A stretch of 64,000 bases of DNA from Desulfosoma sp. (GCA_037481835.1 JBBFKW010000002.1:64001-128000); one strand, 5' to 3'; counted from the first letter of the stretch, positions 46,063 to 55,842 are shown. Numbers and translations are program-made. Notes: generated from the sequence alone by a model not told the origin.

Positions 46063-48525
46063 ATGAAGGCGGATCTGCACGTGCATTCCCGATTTTCCAA
46101 GAGACCCTCGCAATGGATTCTTCAGAAGCTTGGATGTCCGGAGAGTTTTACCCAACCCATAGACGTGTATCGCATCGCTCGAAAAAAGGGCATGGACTTG
46201 GTAACCATTACAGACCACAACACCATCGACGGTGTGGCCGAAATCGCTCACCTGCCCGGGGTCTTCGTCAGTGAAGAGGTCACCACCTATTTCCCGGAGG
46301 ATGGCTGCAAGGTGCACGTTTTGACCTACGGCCTTTCCCCCAATGAGCATCAGGACATCCAAAAGATTCGGGAAAATATTTATGATTTGGTGATGTATCT
46401 GAGGGAGAAGAAGATCGTTCATGCCGTCGCCCATCCCCTTTACAGTATCAATGACAAACTGACGGCGGACCATTTTGAAAAAATGCTCCTTCTGTTTCGC
46501 ATCTTTGAACTCAACGGCGCACGAAACGACGCCCAGAATCGCATCCTACGGGCCCTTCTGCCCGCATTGGACGGTTCCGTTCTTGGACGCCTTGCGGAGA
46601 AACACTGCGATCTTCCGGGTCCTGTGGAGATGGGTCGTAAATGGATCATCGGCGGGTCCGACGATCACAGTTCGCTCAACATCGCCCGGTTTTGGACGCA
46701 GGTTTCGGGGGCTTCGGACATTCCCTCCTTCTTGGAAGGGATCGTCACGGGCCAGGCCGGGGTAGAAGGGGCACCCGCCACTCCCTTGACCATGGCCCAC
46801 AATCTCTACGGGATCGCGTACCAGTACTACCGGGACCGCTTCGGCCTGGGTCGGCATCTCCACAAGGATCTGCTCCTGCAATTTCTTGAACGGGTCCTGG
46901 ATGTCCACCGCGAGGCTGAACCGAGATCCTGGACGAGTCGCGTTTACGATCTGGCTCGCACCAGTCGCTTTTGGCGACGGCGCACCGATGGGGAAAAGGA
47001 ACTTCCTCCGGTCCAGGCTTTCTGGAAAATGTCCCAAAGCCTCGTCGAAAAAGACGGGCGATTCATGGCCGCCGCCGTCGGCCGGTCCCGCCTGTCTGCT
47101 TCGGCGGCCGAAAAGCTCTGGTACGTTTTCGTGGAACAAGCCTGTGACGGCCTTCTGATGGAGCTTTGTCACCGTATCGGAACCCAACTGCGCAGCGCCA
47201 ACGTTTTTGATGTGTTCGGAAGTCTCGGTTCGGCGGGGGCGCTTTACAGTCTTATGGCGCCCTTTTTTGTCGCCTTTTCCCACTTTACCAAGGATCGAAT
47301 CTTGGCGGACGACATCGGGCGTCGTTTCCCAACTCTCGAAACTGCCGAGCCCGGGGCCGGCGGACTGGCCGTGGCCCACTTTTCCGACACGATCTTAGAA
47401 GTCAATGGTGTTGCCCGCACCTTGCTCCAGCAGCTCCAGGTGGCGCAGAGCTTGGGAAACCGTTTGACCCTTTTGACTTCCGATGACGGGTCCAAGGAAC
47501 TGCCTTCCGGCGTGGTGAATTTCAAACCGGTGGGCCGCTATGCCATGCCGGAATATCCCGAAATTTCCCTTAATATCCCCCCATTTTTAGAACTTCTTAG
47601 CTTCTGCTACAAAGAAAACTTCACCCAAATCCACGCCGCAACGCCCGGCCCCATGGGTTTGGCCGCTTTGGCCGTGGGCCGCATCCTCTCCCTTCCCATT
47701 GTTTCCACCTACCACACGGCCTTGCCACAATACGTGCGGCGATTGACGGGGGATGAGGGGCTGGAGGCCCTCACATGGCGATACGTGATATGGTATTATA
47801 ATCAAATGGATAAAATTTACGTTCCTTCGGCGGCCACGGGTGAAGAGCTTATCGGCCACGGGCTTCCGCCGGATAAGGTGTGCACCTACCCGCGGGGCGT
47901 GGATATCGAAAGGTTTTCTCCAGATAAGCGATCCGCCCGATTTCGCGTCCGGCACGGTATTGCGGACAAAACGGCCGCTGTGTATGTGGGGCGCCTTTCC
48001 AAGGAAAAGGATCTGGATGTTCTGTGCCGGGCGTTTCGCAAGCTTCACGCCAAACACCCGAAGACCGCTTTGGTTCTCGTGGGCGATGGGCCCTACCGCC
48101 AAGAATTGGAGAAAGCCCTCACAGGAACCTGTGCGGTCTTCACGGGCTATCTTTCGGGGGAAGCCCTGTCCGAGGCTTTTGCCTCATGCGACTTTCTTGT
48201 TTTTCCCAGCACCACGGACACCTTCGGCAATGTGGTCTTGGAAGCGCAGGCTTCGGGAATTCCCGTGATCGTAAGCGACCGGGGAGGTCCCCGGGAAAAC
48301 GTGGTTCCTGGGCGCACGGGCTGGATTTTTACCGGTCATGACGAAGAGAGTCTTCTGGGACGCATGGAATGGATGTGTATCAACACCGAAAGGCGTCGCG
48401 AAATGGGTCAACAAGCCCGAAAAAGCATGGAACGGCGCTCATTCCAGCGGGCTTTCCAGGCCATGTGGGAACTGTTCGAAGCGACTTCCGAAAAGGAAGA
48501 ACTGTCCCTTCCCGAAGCCGTTTAA
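46063..48525 (+). CDS. PHP phosphoesterase-domain plus GT4 glycosyltransferase fusion
   Basis: N-terminus DLHVHS, ITDHN, SEE, AHP, GGSDDH. C-terminus EVNGVA, HAATPGPMG, YHT, RGVD, YVGRLSKEK, DTFGNVVLEAQASG. GGAGG RBS before ATG 46063. Confidence 0.9.
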   Translation: MKADLHVHSRFSKRPSQWILQKLGCPESFTQPIDVYRIARKKGMDLVTITDHNTIDGVAEIAHLPGVFVSEEVTTYFPEDGCKVHVLTYGLSPNEHQDIQKIRENIYDLVMYLREKKIVHAVAHPLYSINDKLTADHFEKMLLLFRIFELNGARNDAQNRILRALLPALDGSVLGRLAEKHCDLPGPVEMGRKWIIGGSDDHSSLNIARFWTQVSGASDIPSFLEGIVTGQAGVEGAPATPLTMAHNLYGIAYQYYRDRFGLGRHLHKDLLLQFLERVLDVHREAEPRSWTSRVYDLARTSRFWRRRTDGEKELPPVQAFWKMSQSLVEKDGRFMAAAVGRSRLSASAAEKLWYVFVEQACDGLLMELCHRIGTQLRSANVFDVFGSLGSAGALYSLMAPFFVAFSHFTKDRILADDIGRRFPTLETAEPGAGGLAVAHFSDTILEVNGVARTLLQQLQVAQSLGNRLTLLTSDDGSKELPSGVVNFKPVGRYAMPEYPEISLNIPPFLELLSFCYKENFTQIHAATPGPMGLAALAVGRILSLPIVSTYHTALPQYVRRLTGDEGLEALTWRYVIWYYNQMDKIYVPSAATGEELIGHGLPPDKVCTYPRGVDIERFSPDKRSARFRVRHGIADKTAAVYVGRLSKEKDLDVLCRAFRKLHAKHPKTALVLVGDGPYRQELEKALTGTCAVFTGYLSGEALSEAFASCDFLVFPSTTDTFGNVVLEAQASGIPVIVSDRGGPRENVVPGRTGWIFTGHDEESLLGRMEWMCINTERRREMGQQARKSMERRSFQRAFQAMWELFEATSEKEELSLPEAV

Positions 48526-48558
48526 CAACACCCCGTCAAAGAGACCGCGAAAGGACGA

Positions 48559-50391
48559 GTGCCCATGGATACGGCGGACAAAGGCGCCATCCGCTTGCTT
48601 CCACGGACTGCCGGCTTGTGGCGTCCCGTGCTCAAATGTTTGGATAAAATAACGGCGTTGGAGCCTCTGGAATGCACCTACCGAAGCCTTCCCCGTGCGA
48701 TGGATCCGGCCGGATTTGTGAACGAGGCCTTGAGGGCGCTTGGGGTGGGCCCGGTGGTCCTCGGAAACGAACAGTTTCCGGCCTCGGGCCCGATTTTAGT
48801 GGTGGCCAATCACCCGTTCGGCGGCGTGGAAGGCCTTCTGATCGCCCGTCTTCTTTTGGAGGTGCGCCCAGACGTGAAGATCATGGCCAACGCCCTCTTG
48901 GAACACATTCCGGAGATGGCCCCTTTGATTATCGGTATAGACCCCTTCGGGAACCGAAAGTCTCTGGACCGTAACATCGCGCCTCTGCGCCGTTGCGTGG
49001 CGTGGCTCAAGGACGGAGGCGTTCTGGTCGTGTTCCCGTCGGGCACCGTGTCCCATTTCCATGTGCGAAAGCGGCGCATTACGGATCCGCCGTGGAGCCC
49101 GAGCGTGGGGCGGCTGGTCCTGTGGAGCCGGTGTTCGGTTGTGCCGATCCATTTCGATGGTGCCAACAGCTTGTTATTCCAGCTCCTTGGCCTGTTTCAT
49201 CCGCGTTTGCGAACCCTTCTTTTGCCGAGGGAGTTGCACAACAAGCGTGGACACGAAGTCCGGCTGACCGTGGGCCGAACGATTCCCTTTAAAAAGCTCT
49301 CAGAAATCGGGTCTCCGGAAGGGATCACGGAATATTTGAGAGCGCACACATACGCCCTGGGAATTGCCGGAAACACAAATCGAGGGAGGGGCACGGTTCC
49401 GCGATGGCGTCACGTGGCCCAGAGGCCGTTACGTCCGTGCGCCCCCATCGGGGACGCGGTTCATCCATCTCTCTTGCGTGAGGACATACAGCGCCTGGAC
49501 CCCGCCCAGTGTCTTTTCCAAAGCGGAGCCTACAGAGTCTGGTGTGCCGAAGCGGTGCAGATCCCTCATATTCTCCAGGAAATCGGGCGCCTTCGGGAGA
49601 CGACCTTTCGCGAAGTGGGAGAGGGGACTGGACGGTCTGTGGATTTGGACCGATTCGACCGACATTACGACCACCTGTTCTTGTGGAATGAGGAAACTCA
49701 AAAAATTGCGGGGGCGTATCGCATCGGTCGGGGCGATCGGCTTCTCGGTCAGATGGGCTTGGAAGGTTTTTATACGCACACGCTTTTTAAGTATGAGGCT
49801 GGATTTCGACCTTTTTTGGAAAAGAGCCTGGAGCTGGGGCGTTCTTTCGTCCGGTCCGAATACCAAAAGACCTACGCCCCGCTGTGGTTTCTCTGGAAAG
49901 GGATCGGCCGTTACGCGGCACGCCACGAAAGGTATCGGTTTCTGCTCGGCCCGGTGAGCATCAGTGATGCCTATCACGTGCTTAGTCGGCATCTCATTCT
50001 CATGTATCTGCGGCACAATCATTTTTCGGAACAATGGGCCCGCTGGGTCTGTGCGCGACGGCCGTGGCGCCGCATGCCCTCCATCCCTTGGAATGCTCGC
50101 ACCCTATGTCGGAATCTTACGGATATGGACCTCTTTTCGGAGTTGATCGCAACCATCGAAAAGCGCGAAAGGGCGTTGCCCATCCTTCTTCGCCAATACA
50201 TCAAACTTGGGGGAAAGGTTTTGGGTTTCAACGTGGATCCGAAATTTTCGGATGTCTTGGATGCTCTGATTGTCGTGGATCTTGCCCAGGCCGAGCCCTC
50301 CCTTCTCGAAAAAACCATGGGCCAGGAAGCCGCCCGTCGTTTCCTGAGCGTCCACCAGGCCCCGTCCCTCAGTCTGCCGATGTGTGCGTGA
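48559..50391 (+). CDS. olsF: Bifunctional acyltransferase (LPLAT O-acyltransferase plus GNAT N-acyltransferase), OlsF-like ornithine lipid synthase
   Basis: N-terminal VANHPFGGVEG, VFPSG. C-terminal EIGRLRETTFREVGEG, DLDRFD, ELGRSFV, LWKGI, LLRQY, FNVDPKF. Confidence 0.75.
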   Translation: MPMDTADKGAIRLLPRTAGLWRPVLKCLDKITALEPLECTYRSLPRAMDPAGFVNEALRALGVGPVVLGNEQFPASGPILVVANHPFGGVEGLLIARLLLEVRPDVKIMANALLEHIPEMAPLIIGIDPFGNRKSLDRNIAPLRRCVAWLKDGGVLVVFPSGTVSHFHVRKRRITDPPWSPSVGRLVLWSRCSVVPIHFDGANSLLFQLLGLFHPRLRTLLLPRELHNKRGHEVRLTVGRTIPFKKLSEIGSPEGITEYLRAHTYALGIAGNTNRGRGTVPRWRHVAQRPLRPCAPIGDAVHPSLLREDIQRLDPAQCLFQSGAYRVWCAEAVQIPHILQEIGRLRETTFREVGEGTGRSVDLDRFDRHYDHLFLWNEETQKIAGAYRIGRGDRLLGQMGLEGFYTHTLFKYEAGFRPFLEKSLELGRSFVRSEYQKTYAPLWFLWKGIGRYAARHERYRFLLGPVSISDAYHVLSRHLILMYLRHNHFSEQWARWVCARRPWRRMPSIPWNARTLCRNLTDMDLFSELIATIEKRERALPILLRQYIKLGGKVLGFNVDPKFSDVLDALIVVDLAQAEPSLLEKTMGQEAARRFLSVHQAPSLSLPMCA

Positions 50392-50438
50392 TCCCCATCG
50401 TTTTCTGAATTTGGCGCCCAAAGAATCGCGGCGGATTT

Positions 50439-50466
50439 GTCACGAAAACGTCACACGTCCGTCACG
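50439..50466 (+). promoter_or_regulatory. Triple Pho-box-like repeat upstream of arsC
   Basis: GTCACG(50439), GTCACA(50450), GTCACG(50461); exact 11-bp period. Confidence 0.8.
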
Positions 50467-50516
50467 GACGTCGGTTCATTGTATTTCCGAATAGTCTTCA
50501 AACGGAAAGGATCGCC

Positions 50517-50963
50517 ATGGAACGGAAAATTCTTTTTATTTGCGTGCACAATAGCGGCCGAAGCGTCATGGCCGAAGCCTATGCCAACACGTTCGGCCAG
50601 GGAAGAGTCCGGGCGGAAAGCGCCGGTTTCGAACCCAGGCCCGTACTTCCGGGAATCGTGGAGGTCATGCGGGAGGAGGGCATCGATGTCAGCCAACATC
50701 AGCCGAGAAGCGTTTTCGATCTCTATCGGCAAGGAAAAACGTATGACGCCGTGGTCACCGTCTGCGATGGTACGGAGGAGTCGGCGTGCCCCATCTTTCC
50801 TGGGATAGCCCTTCGCGACCACTGGCCTTTTCCGGACCCGTCAAAGGTCGAAGGCCTTTCGGAGGAAGAGCGAAAAGCGAAGCTTCGGGCCATTCGCGAC
50901 GCGGTGAAAGCCAAGGTCCGGCAATGGATTCATTCTCTGGATGCCGCAGAGAAGGACCTGTAA
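50517..50963 (+). CDS. arsC: Arsenate reductase, LMW-PTP/thioredoxin type
   Basis: ILFICVHNSGRSVMAE, TVCD..ACPIFPG, HWPFPDP. Confidence 0.85.
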   Translation: MERKILFICVHNSGRSVMAEAYANTFGQGRVRAESAGFEPRPVLPGIVEVMREEGIDVSQHQPRSVFDLYRQGKTYDAVVTVCDGTEESACPIFPGIALRDHWPFPDPSKVEGLSEEERKAKLRAIRDAVKAKVRQWIHSLDAAEKDL

Positions 50964-51029
50964 ACATGGCGGAGCCGGCGTGCCGCCGGTGGAACGTGGC
51001 GGGCAGGTCGGCTCCTCAAGAGACAGGCT

Positions 51030-51485
51030 TCATGAGTTGACGCACTCCGGATAGCGCCACTGGGGGACAACGAGGGTCTCGGCGGCAGGGGCGTCTAGAG
51101 GAAGGGCGGCCGAAGCGGCTCCTCTGGGTGCGCCGCTTCGCTTTTCCAGTTCGCGCTGGCAATCGATGCACAGCCGTGCAGTGGGCTGGACTTCCAGCCG
51201 TTGCGGCTGGATGGCATCGCCACATCGGTCGCAAACCCCGAAGTCGCCGTCTTTCAGCCTTTTGAGAGCGCTTTCGATTTCCCAAGAAAGCTGCCGGTAC
51301 CGGTTGCGGAGTCGCCGGAGGGTTTCCCTCTGATGTTCCAGGACGGCCAGATCGGCCTCATCCATGGGTTCTCCCATGCGCCCGTGTTCGTCTTGAGAAT
51401 TTTCAAGGGATTGCAGGGATTCCATCAATGTGTCCCGGGCTGAACATAGCAGGGTTTCAAAGCGCTTCCGTGTGAACGGATCCAT
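51030..51485 (-). CDS. dksA: DksA/TraR C4-zinc-finger protein
   Basis: DEADLA coiled-coil tip; IESALKRLKDGDFGVCDRCG..RLEVQPTARLCIDCQ. GGAGG RBS; overlaps the phnL end. Confidence 0.88.
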   Translation of the reverse strand: MDPFTRKRFETLLCSARDTLMESLQSLENSQDEHGRMGEPMDEADLAVLEHQRETLRRLRNRYRQLSWEIESALKRLKDGDFGVCDRCGDAIQPQRLEVQPTARLCIDCQRELEKRSGAPRGAASAALPLDAPAAETLVVPQWRYPECVNS

Positions 51486-52212
51486 TAAAACATCCTCCTT
51501 GGTTCATGTCAGAGGTTGAGGCAAAAGGCTCTAAGGAAACCACCCGATCCGCCGCCTGCCGACGGACCAGGGCATCGTGGTAGACACCCAGGATGGCCGC
51601 ACCCCGCTGCCGGGCTTCGATGATGAGGGTGACCACGGTGTCCCGATTGCGAGGATCCAGGGATGCGGTGGGTTCGTCCAAGAGCAATATGGGATGCCTG
51701 CACACAAAGACTCGGGCGATATTCACCCGTTGTTGTTCCCCGCCGGAAAAGGTCGTGGGGGACAATCCCCAAAGGCGGCGAGCGATACCGAGGCGATGGA
51801 GCATGGTTTCGGCCCTTTCACGGGCTTCATTGGGAGCGACGCCCTGGTCGAGAAGCGGCTCCATGACGGCGTCGAGAGTGGACACTCTGGGGATGATGCG
51901 AAGGAACTGGCTCACGTAGCCGATGACATCCCGGCGCACCCTGAGCACGGTGCGGGCTGATGCGGTGGCGAGGTCGATGGTCTTCGTGCCGCACCGGATG
52001 AGGATTCGACCGTGATCCGCAGCGTAGTTGCCATAGATCATGCGCAGGACGGAGCTTTTCCCAATCCCGGATGGGCCTATGAGGGCGACGCTTTCCCCCC
52101 GCATGACTTCGAGGCTTAAACCGTTGAGGATGCAGAGTCGCACGCCGCCCTGCCCGTGGAGCGTGAAGGTCTTGGCGACGCATTCCACGCGAATCATCCA
52201 TTCCTTTGCCAT
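51457..52212 (-). CDS. phnL: C-P lyase ATPase PhnL
   Basis: KTFTLHGQGG, GPSGIGKS, YVSQFLRIIPRV, PTTFSGGEQQRVNIAR. Confidence 0.95.
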   Translation of the reverse strand: MAKEWMIRVECVAKTFTLHGQGGVRLCILNGLSLEVMRGESVALIGPSGIGKSSVLRMIYGNYAADHGRILIRCGTKTIDLATASARTVLRVRRDVIGYVSQFLRIIPRVSTLDAVMEPLLDQGVAPNEARERAETMLHRLGIARRLWGLSPTTFSGGEQQRVNIARVFVCRHPILLLDEPTASLDPRNRDTVVTLIIEARQRGAAILGVYHDALVRRQAADRVVSLEPFASTSDMNQGGCFNGSVHTEAL

Positions 52213-52228
52213 GGCCCTCTCCTCGGGG

Positions 52229-53044
52229 TTAAACGCTCAGACGGGACGAGACAAGGAGTTGGGTGTACGGGTGCTGAGGATCATCGAGGACCCGATCCGT
52301 GAGTCCGTGTTCCACGATGCGCCCTTGGAACATGACGAAAAGGCGATGGGCGAGCAGCCGAGCTACGGTAAGATCGTGGGTGACCATGACCACCGACAAG
52401 GCGAGCTCGCGGACGAGGCGACGCATGAGGTCCAGGAAGCGGGCCTGAACGGAGACATCCAAACCGCTGGTGGGCTCGTCCATGAAAACAATCCGGGGGT
52501 TGGTGGCCAGGTTCTTGGCGATCTGAAGCCGCTGAAGCATACCGCCCGAATAAGTGCACGGAAGATCATCCAACCGCTTCAGATCCAGTTCGACGCGCTC
52601 CATCCAAAAGGACGCACACTCCCGCAGGTGCCGGAAACGACGTTCCCCCTCGGCCAGCAGCCTTTCGCAAATGTTCCCGCCGGCGCTGACACGCATGCGA
52701 ATCCCTTCCTCCGGCCGTTGAAAGACCACGCCGATGGCGGTGCGCAGCAGCCGGCGGCGAAGCGACGCATCCATGTGGTAGAGATCGACGAAATCCGAGC
52801 CGTTTCGATAAAGAACCGTTCCTTTGGTCGGGGCGAGAAGGCCCGAAAGGCACCGAAGCAAAGTCGTCTTCCCCGAGCCCGATTCCCCCACCACGCAAAC
52901 GACTTCGCCGGGGTATACGTCGAGGTCCACATTCAAGCATCCAACGCGAGTGCCGTACCGACGGGTGAGGCTTCGAGCGCGCAAAATGGGGTCGTCATCC
53001 ATGATTGTCGCCGATGGAAGCCTGTCACGGTGCGCCGTGGTCAT
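52229..53044 (-). CDS. phnK: C-P lyase ATPase PhnK
   Basis: GESGSGKT, VSAGGNI, YSGGMLQRLQIA, DVSVQARFLD, DDPQHPYTQLLVSS. ATGA overlap with the phnJ stop. Confidence 0.95.
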   Translation of the reverse strand: MTTAHRDRLPSATIMDDDPILRARSLTRRYGTRVGCLNVDLDVYPGEVVCVVGESGSGKTTLLRCLSGLLAPTKGTVLYRNGSDFVDLYHMDASLRRRLLRTAIGVVFQRPEEGIRMRVSAGGNICERLLAEGERRFRHLRECASFWMERVELDLKRLDDLPCTYSGGMLQRLQIAKNLATNPRIVFMDEPTSGLDVSVQARFLDLMRRLVRELALSVVMVTHDLTVARLLAHRLFVMFQGRIVEHGLTDRVLDDPQHPYTQLLVSSRLSV

Positions 53045-54039
53045 GGGCCCTCCTTTCCGGACGACGGTTCGAAGACGTCTTGGCGGTTTGTTAGGCCTTG
53101 GGTGGAGGGGCTGTCCGAAGAGTGAGCGACCGAAGCCTTCGCCCGTCGTTTTCGGCACGCGTCCGTATCCGAGCACACGAACATGCGGTGTCCCTCATCG
53201 TCCACGATGATTTCGTCCAGGTAATGGTCGTCGGCGCCGCACAGGCGGCATCGTTCCTTCCATCCTTCCACCGCAAAGGGAACATCCTCGAAGTCCAGGG
53301 GCTGTACGTCGGTGTAGGGTGGAACGGCATAGATGCGCTTTTCGCGGCCCGCTCCGAAAAGTTGCAAAGCCGGCATCTGGTGCATCTTCGGCGTGTCGAA
53401 CTTGGGGATGGGCGAGGGACTCATGACGTAGCGATTGTTCACCAGGACGGGGTAATCGAACGCTACGCCGATACGCCCCGTGCGCACCACGTCTTCATAG
53501 AGTTTGACGTACATGAGGCCGTAGTCCGCCAGGGCGTGCAGGGTTCGGCATTCTTCTTCCCGGGGTTCGATGAATCGCAGAGGTTCGGGAATGGGGACTT
53601 GGTAGACCAGGATTTGGCCTTCCCGCAGCGGCGTTTCGGGAATGCGGTGCCTCGTTTGAATGATCGTCGCCTCCTCGGTGACGGTGGTCGTCCTCACGTC
53701 GGCCGTTTTTCGAAAAAAATGCCGAATGCTCACGGCGTTGGTCGTATCGTCCGCTCCTTGGTCAATCACTTTAAGGACGTCGTCAGGCCCGATGAGCGAA
53801 GCCGTGATTTGGATTCCACCGGTGCCCCAGCCGTAGGGGAGCGGAATCTCCCGGCTGGCGAAGGGAATCTGGTGCCCGGGTATGGCCACGGCTTTGAGGA
53901 TGGTGCGTCGGATCATGCGCTTGGTCGTTTCGTCGAGAAAGGCTGGGTTATAACCCATAAGGCCGCGCCACGATTTTCTCTCCGCAGGCTGTCCCGTGAT
54001 GGTCTTAGCCAATGGGGGCGTGGGGGATGGCGATTCCAT
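53041..54039 (-). CDS. phnJ: Radical-SAM C-P lyase PhnJ
   Basis: KAVAIPGHQIPF, PYGWGTGG, DQGADDTTNA, QTRHRIPE, CRLC-x21-CSDT. Alternative start at ATG 53958. Confidence 0.97.
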   Translation of the reverse strand: MESPSPTPPLAKTITGQPAERKSWRGLMGYNPAFLDETTKRMIRRTILKAVAIPGHQIPFASREIPLPYGWGTGGIQITASLIGPDDVLKVIDQGADDTTNAVSIRHFFRKTADVRTTTVTEEATIIQTRHRIPETPLREGQILVYQVPIPEPLRFIEPREEECRTLHALADYGLMYVKLYEDVVRTGRIGVAFDYPVLVNNRYVMSPSPIPKFDTPKMHQMPALQLFGAGREKRIYAVPPYTDVQPLDFEDVPFAVEGWKERCRLCGADDHYLDEIIVDDEGHRMFVCSDTDACRKRRAKASVAHSSDSPSTQGLTNRQDVFEPSSGKEGP

Positions 54040-54048
54040 GGGAGCACC

Positions 54049-55149
54049 TTATCTTTCAGCCCCATCTTGGGGGACGGGGTCTTTGGGGGAACGGCGCACA
54101 TGACACAGTTCGGCCTGAAAGTCCACGTAATGGGGCAGCTTCAAATGCTGGACGAAGCCCGAGGCTTCCACGTTGTCGCTATGTCTCAGCACGAATTCCT
54201 GATCTTGGGCGGGATAGCGCACCTCTTCACCCAACTCTTGGGATCGCAGGGCGCGGTCCACGAGGGCCATGGCCATGGCCTTTCTTTCGTTGGCGCCGAA
54301 GACCAAACCGTACCCTTGCACGAAACCAGGGCAACCGGGGGAGCGCTGCTCGTTTCGGCTGAGCATCACGCACTCGGTGACCAAAATGGATCCGATGGTC
54401 ACGGTGAAGCCCGTCTCCGGCAGTTCAACGGTCACGGGCACATAGCCCATGCGGATTTCGCCTACGAATGGATGGCCTCGGAAACCAAACCCTCTTTGGG
54501 CGGAGTACGCCATTCCCACGAGGAAGCCCTCGTCTGCCCGGCCCAGGGTTTGCAGGCGGGCGCTGCGCGGCGCGGGAATCTCCAAGGGTTCTTGGGTCAC
54601 GTCCCGGGGTTCCAGGGCTTCGTCCGCTTTTGACTTTTCCACCAGGTGGGTGTCCCGAAGAAGATCGGCAAGGCGTGGTGCCCGCTGGGCCAAGGGAACG
54701 GATCGATCCGCCAGATAGACCACGTTTTCGGGGACGGCCTTGGATTGGAGAAGGGAGAAATCGAGCAGCCTGTGCGTGTAATCGTAGGTCGGGCCGAGGA
54801 GCTGACCTCCTGGAAGATCTTTGAAGGCTGCGGAAATACGCCGAAGAAGGCGCATGGCCCCCGTGTCCAGAGGTGTGGAAACACCGAGGCGCGGCAGGGT
54901 GGTTCGATAGGCGCGAAGAAGGAAGGCGGCTTCCACGAGATCCCCCTGGGCCTGTTTCACGGCCAGGGCGGCCAGTTCTCGATCATAGAGCGATCCTTCA
55001 GCCGCCACGCGATCCACGGCGAGTCCCAATTGCTCCTGGATCTGCTTCACATCGAGCTCCGGAAGCCGAATGTCGCCGCGCCGCTTTTCCGCAAGGAAGC
55101 GATGGGCGTTGGCAATGGCTCTTTCACCGCCCTTTACTGCGACGTACAT
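54049..55149 (-). CDS. phnI: C-P lyase subunit PhnI
   Basis: MYVAVKGGERAI, LLRAYRTTLPR, GPTYDYTHRLL, HLKLPHYVDFQ. Confidence 0.97.
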   Translation of the reverse strand: MYVAVKGGERAIANAHRFLAEKRRGDIRLPELDVKQIQEQLGLAVDRVAAEGSLYDRELAALAVKQAQGDLVEAAFLLRAYRTTLPRLGVSTPLDTGAMRLLRRISAAFKDLPGGQLLGPTYDYTHRLLDFSLLQSKAVPENVVYLADRSVPLAQRAPRLADLLRDTHLVEKSKADEALEPRDVTQEPLEIPAPRSARLQTLGRADEGFLVGMAYSAQRGFGFRGHPFVGEIRMGYVPVTVELPETGFTVTIGSILVTECVMLSRNEQRSPGCPGFVQGYGLVFGANERKAMAMALVDRALRSQELGEEVRYPAQDQEFVLRHSDNVEASGFVQHLKLPHYVDFQAELCHVRRSPKDPVPQDGAER

Positions 55150-55778
55150 GAGAGACCTCCCACGGGCGATACATGGGTTGACCGGGGGACAGCCACCAGG
55201 TCGGCTTGGTGAGTAAAAAGCACATCCAATCCTCTGGGATAGAGGGCTTCCAGGCTTTGCCGCCAGTCCCAAAAGCTTTTCGGGCAACCGCGGACGCACA
55301 GGGCGCTCAGCCCTTGAATCCCTGGACCCGAAAGAAAAAAACCGTCCGCCACACCCGGGCTTGCCGAAGGGCTCAAAGACGCGACTTGCACGATGACGGT
55401 GGCGCCCAGGTAAGGTTCGTGTTCGGTGCCCATGGGAAAATCCACGGGGAAGGAAAGGCCGGATGGATCCGTGATCAAGGCAAGGTCAGCTTCCCGGGGG
55501 TCGCTTACCGTTCGCACCCGGGTGACCGACTGGATAGCCCATCGGGATTCATGGTCGATGGGCAGGTCGGTCCAAAGCCGTATCGACTCGTCGCCCAAGG
55601 TGAGGAGGACGACCCAGGATGCGGCATGAAGGTCCCGGGGGATCCCGCTCGGCTCTCGAAAAGTCACAAGCCGTCCGGGGTGAGCCATGGCGGTGAGCAG
55701 GGTTCGGAAAGCTTCCTGGGATTCCAAAATGGGTTCTCGAAAACCCATGGCGCGGATGACCTCGGCATAACTTGGCAT
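55134..55778 (-). CDS. phnH: C-P lyase subunit PhnH
   Basis: QEAFRTLLTAMAHPG, GTEHEPYLGAT, LSGPGI, YPRGLD, VPRST. Confidence 0.92.
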   Translation of the reverse strand: MPSYAEVIRAMGFREPILESQEAFRTLLTAMAHPGRLVTFREPSGIPRDLHAASWVVLLTLGDESIRLWTDLPIDHESRWAIQSVTRVRTVSDPREADLALITDPSGLSFPVDFPMGTEHEPYLGATVIVQVASLSPSASPGVADGFFLSGPGIQGLSALCVRGCPKSFWDWRQSLEALYPRGLDVLFTHQADLVAVPRSTHVSPVGGLSCTSQ

Positions 55779-55842
55779 GGTTACTCCAAAACGTTTTCCG
55801 TGGCCTTTCGGGGACGGCCGCAGCAGGCGATGAGTGTGCGGT

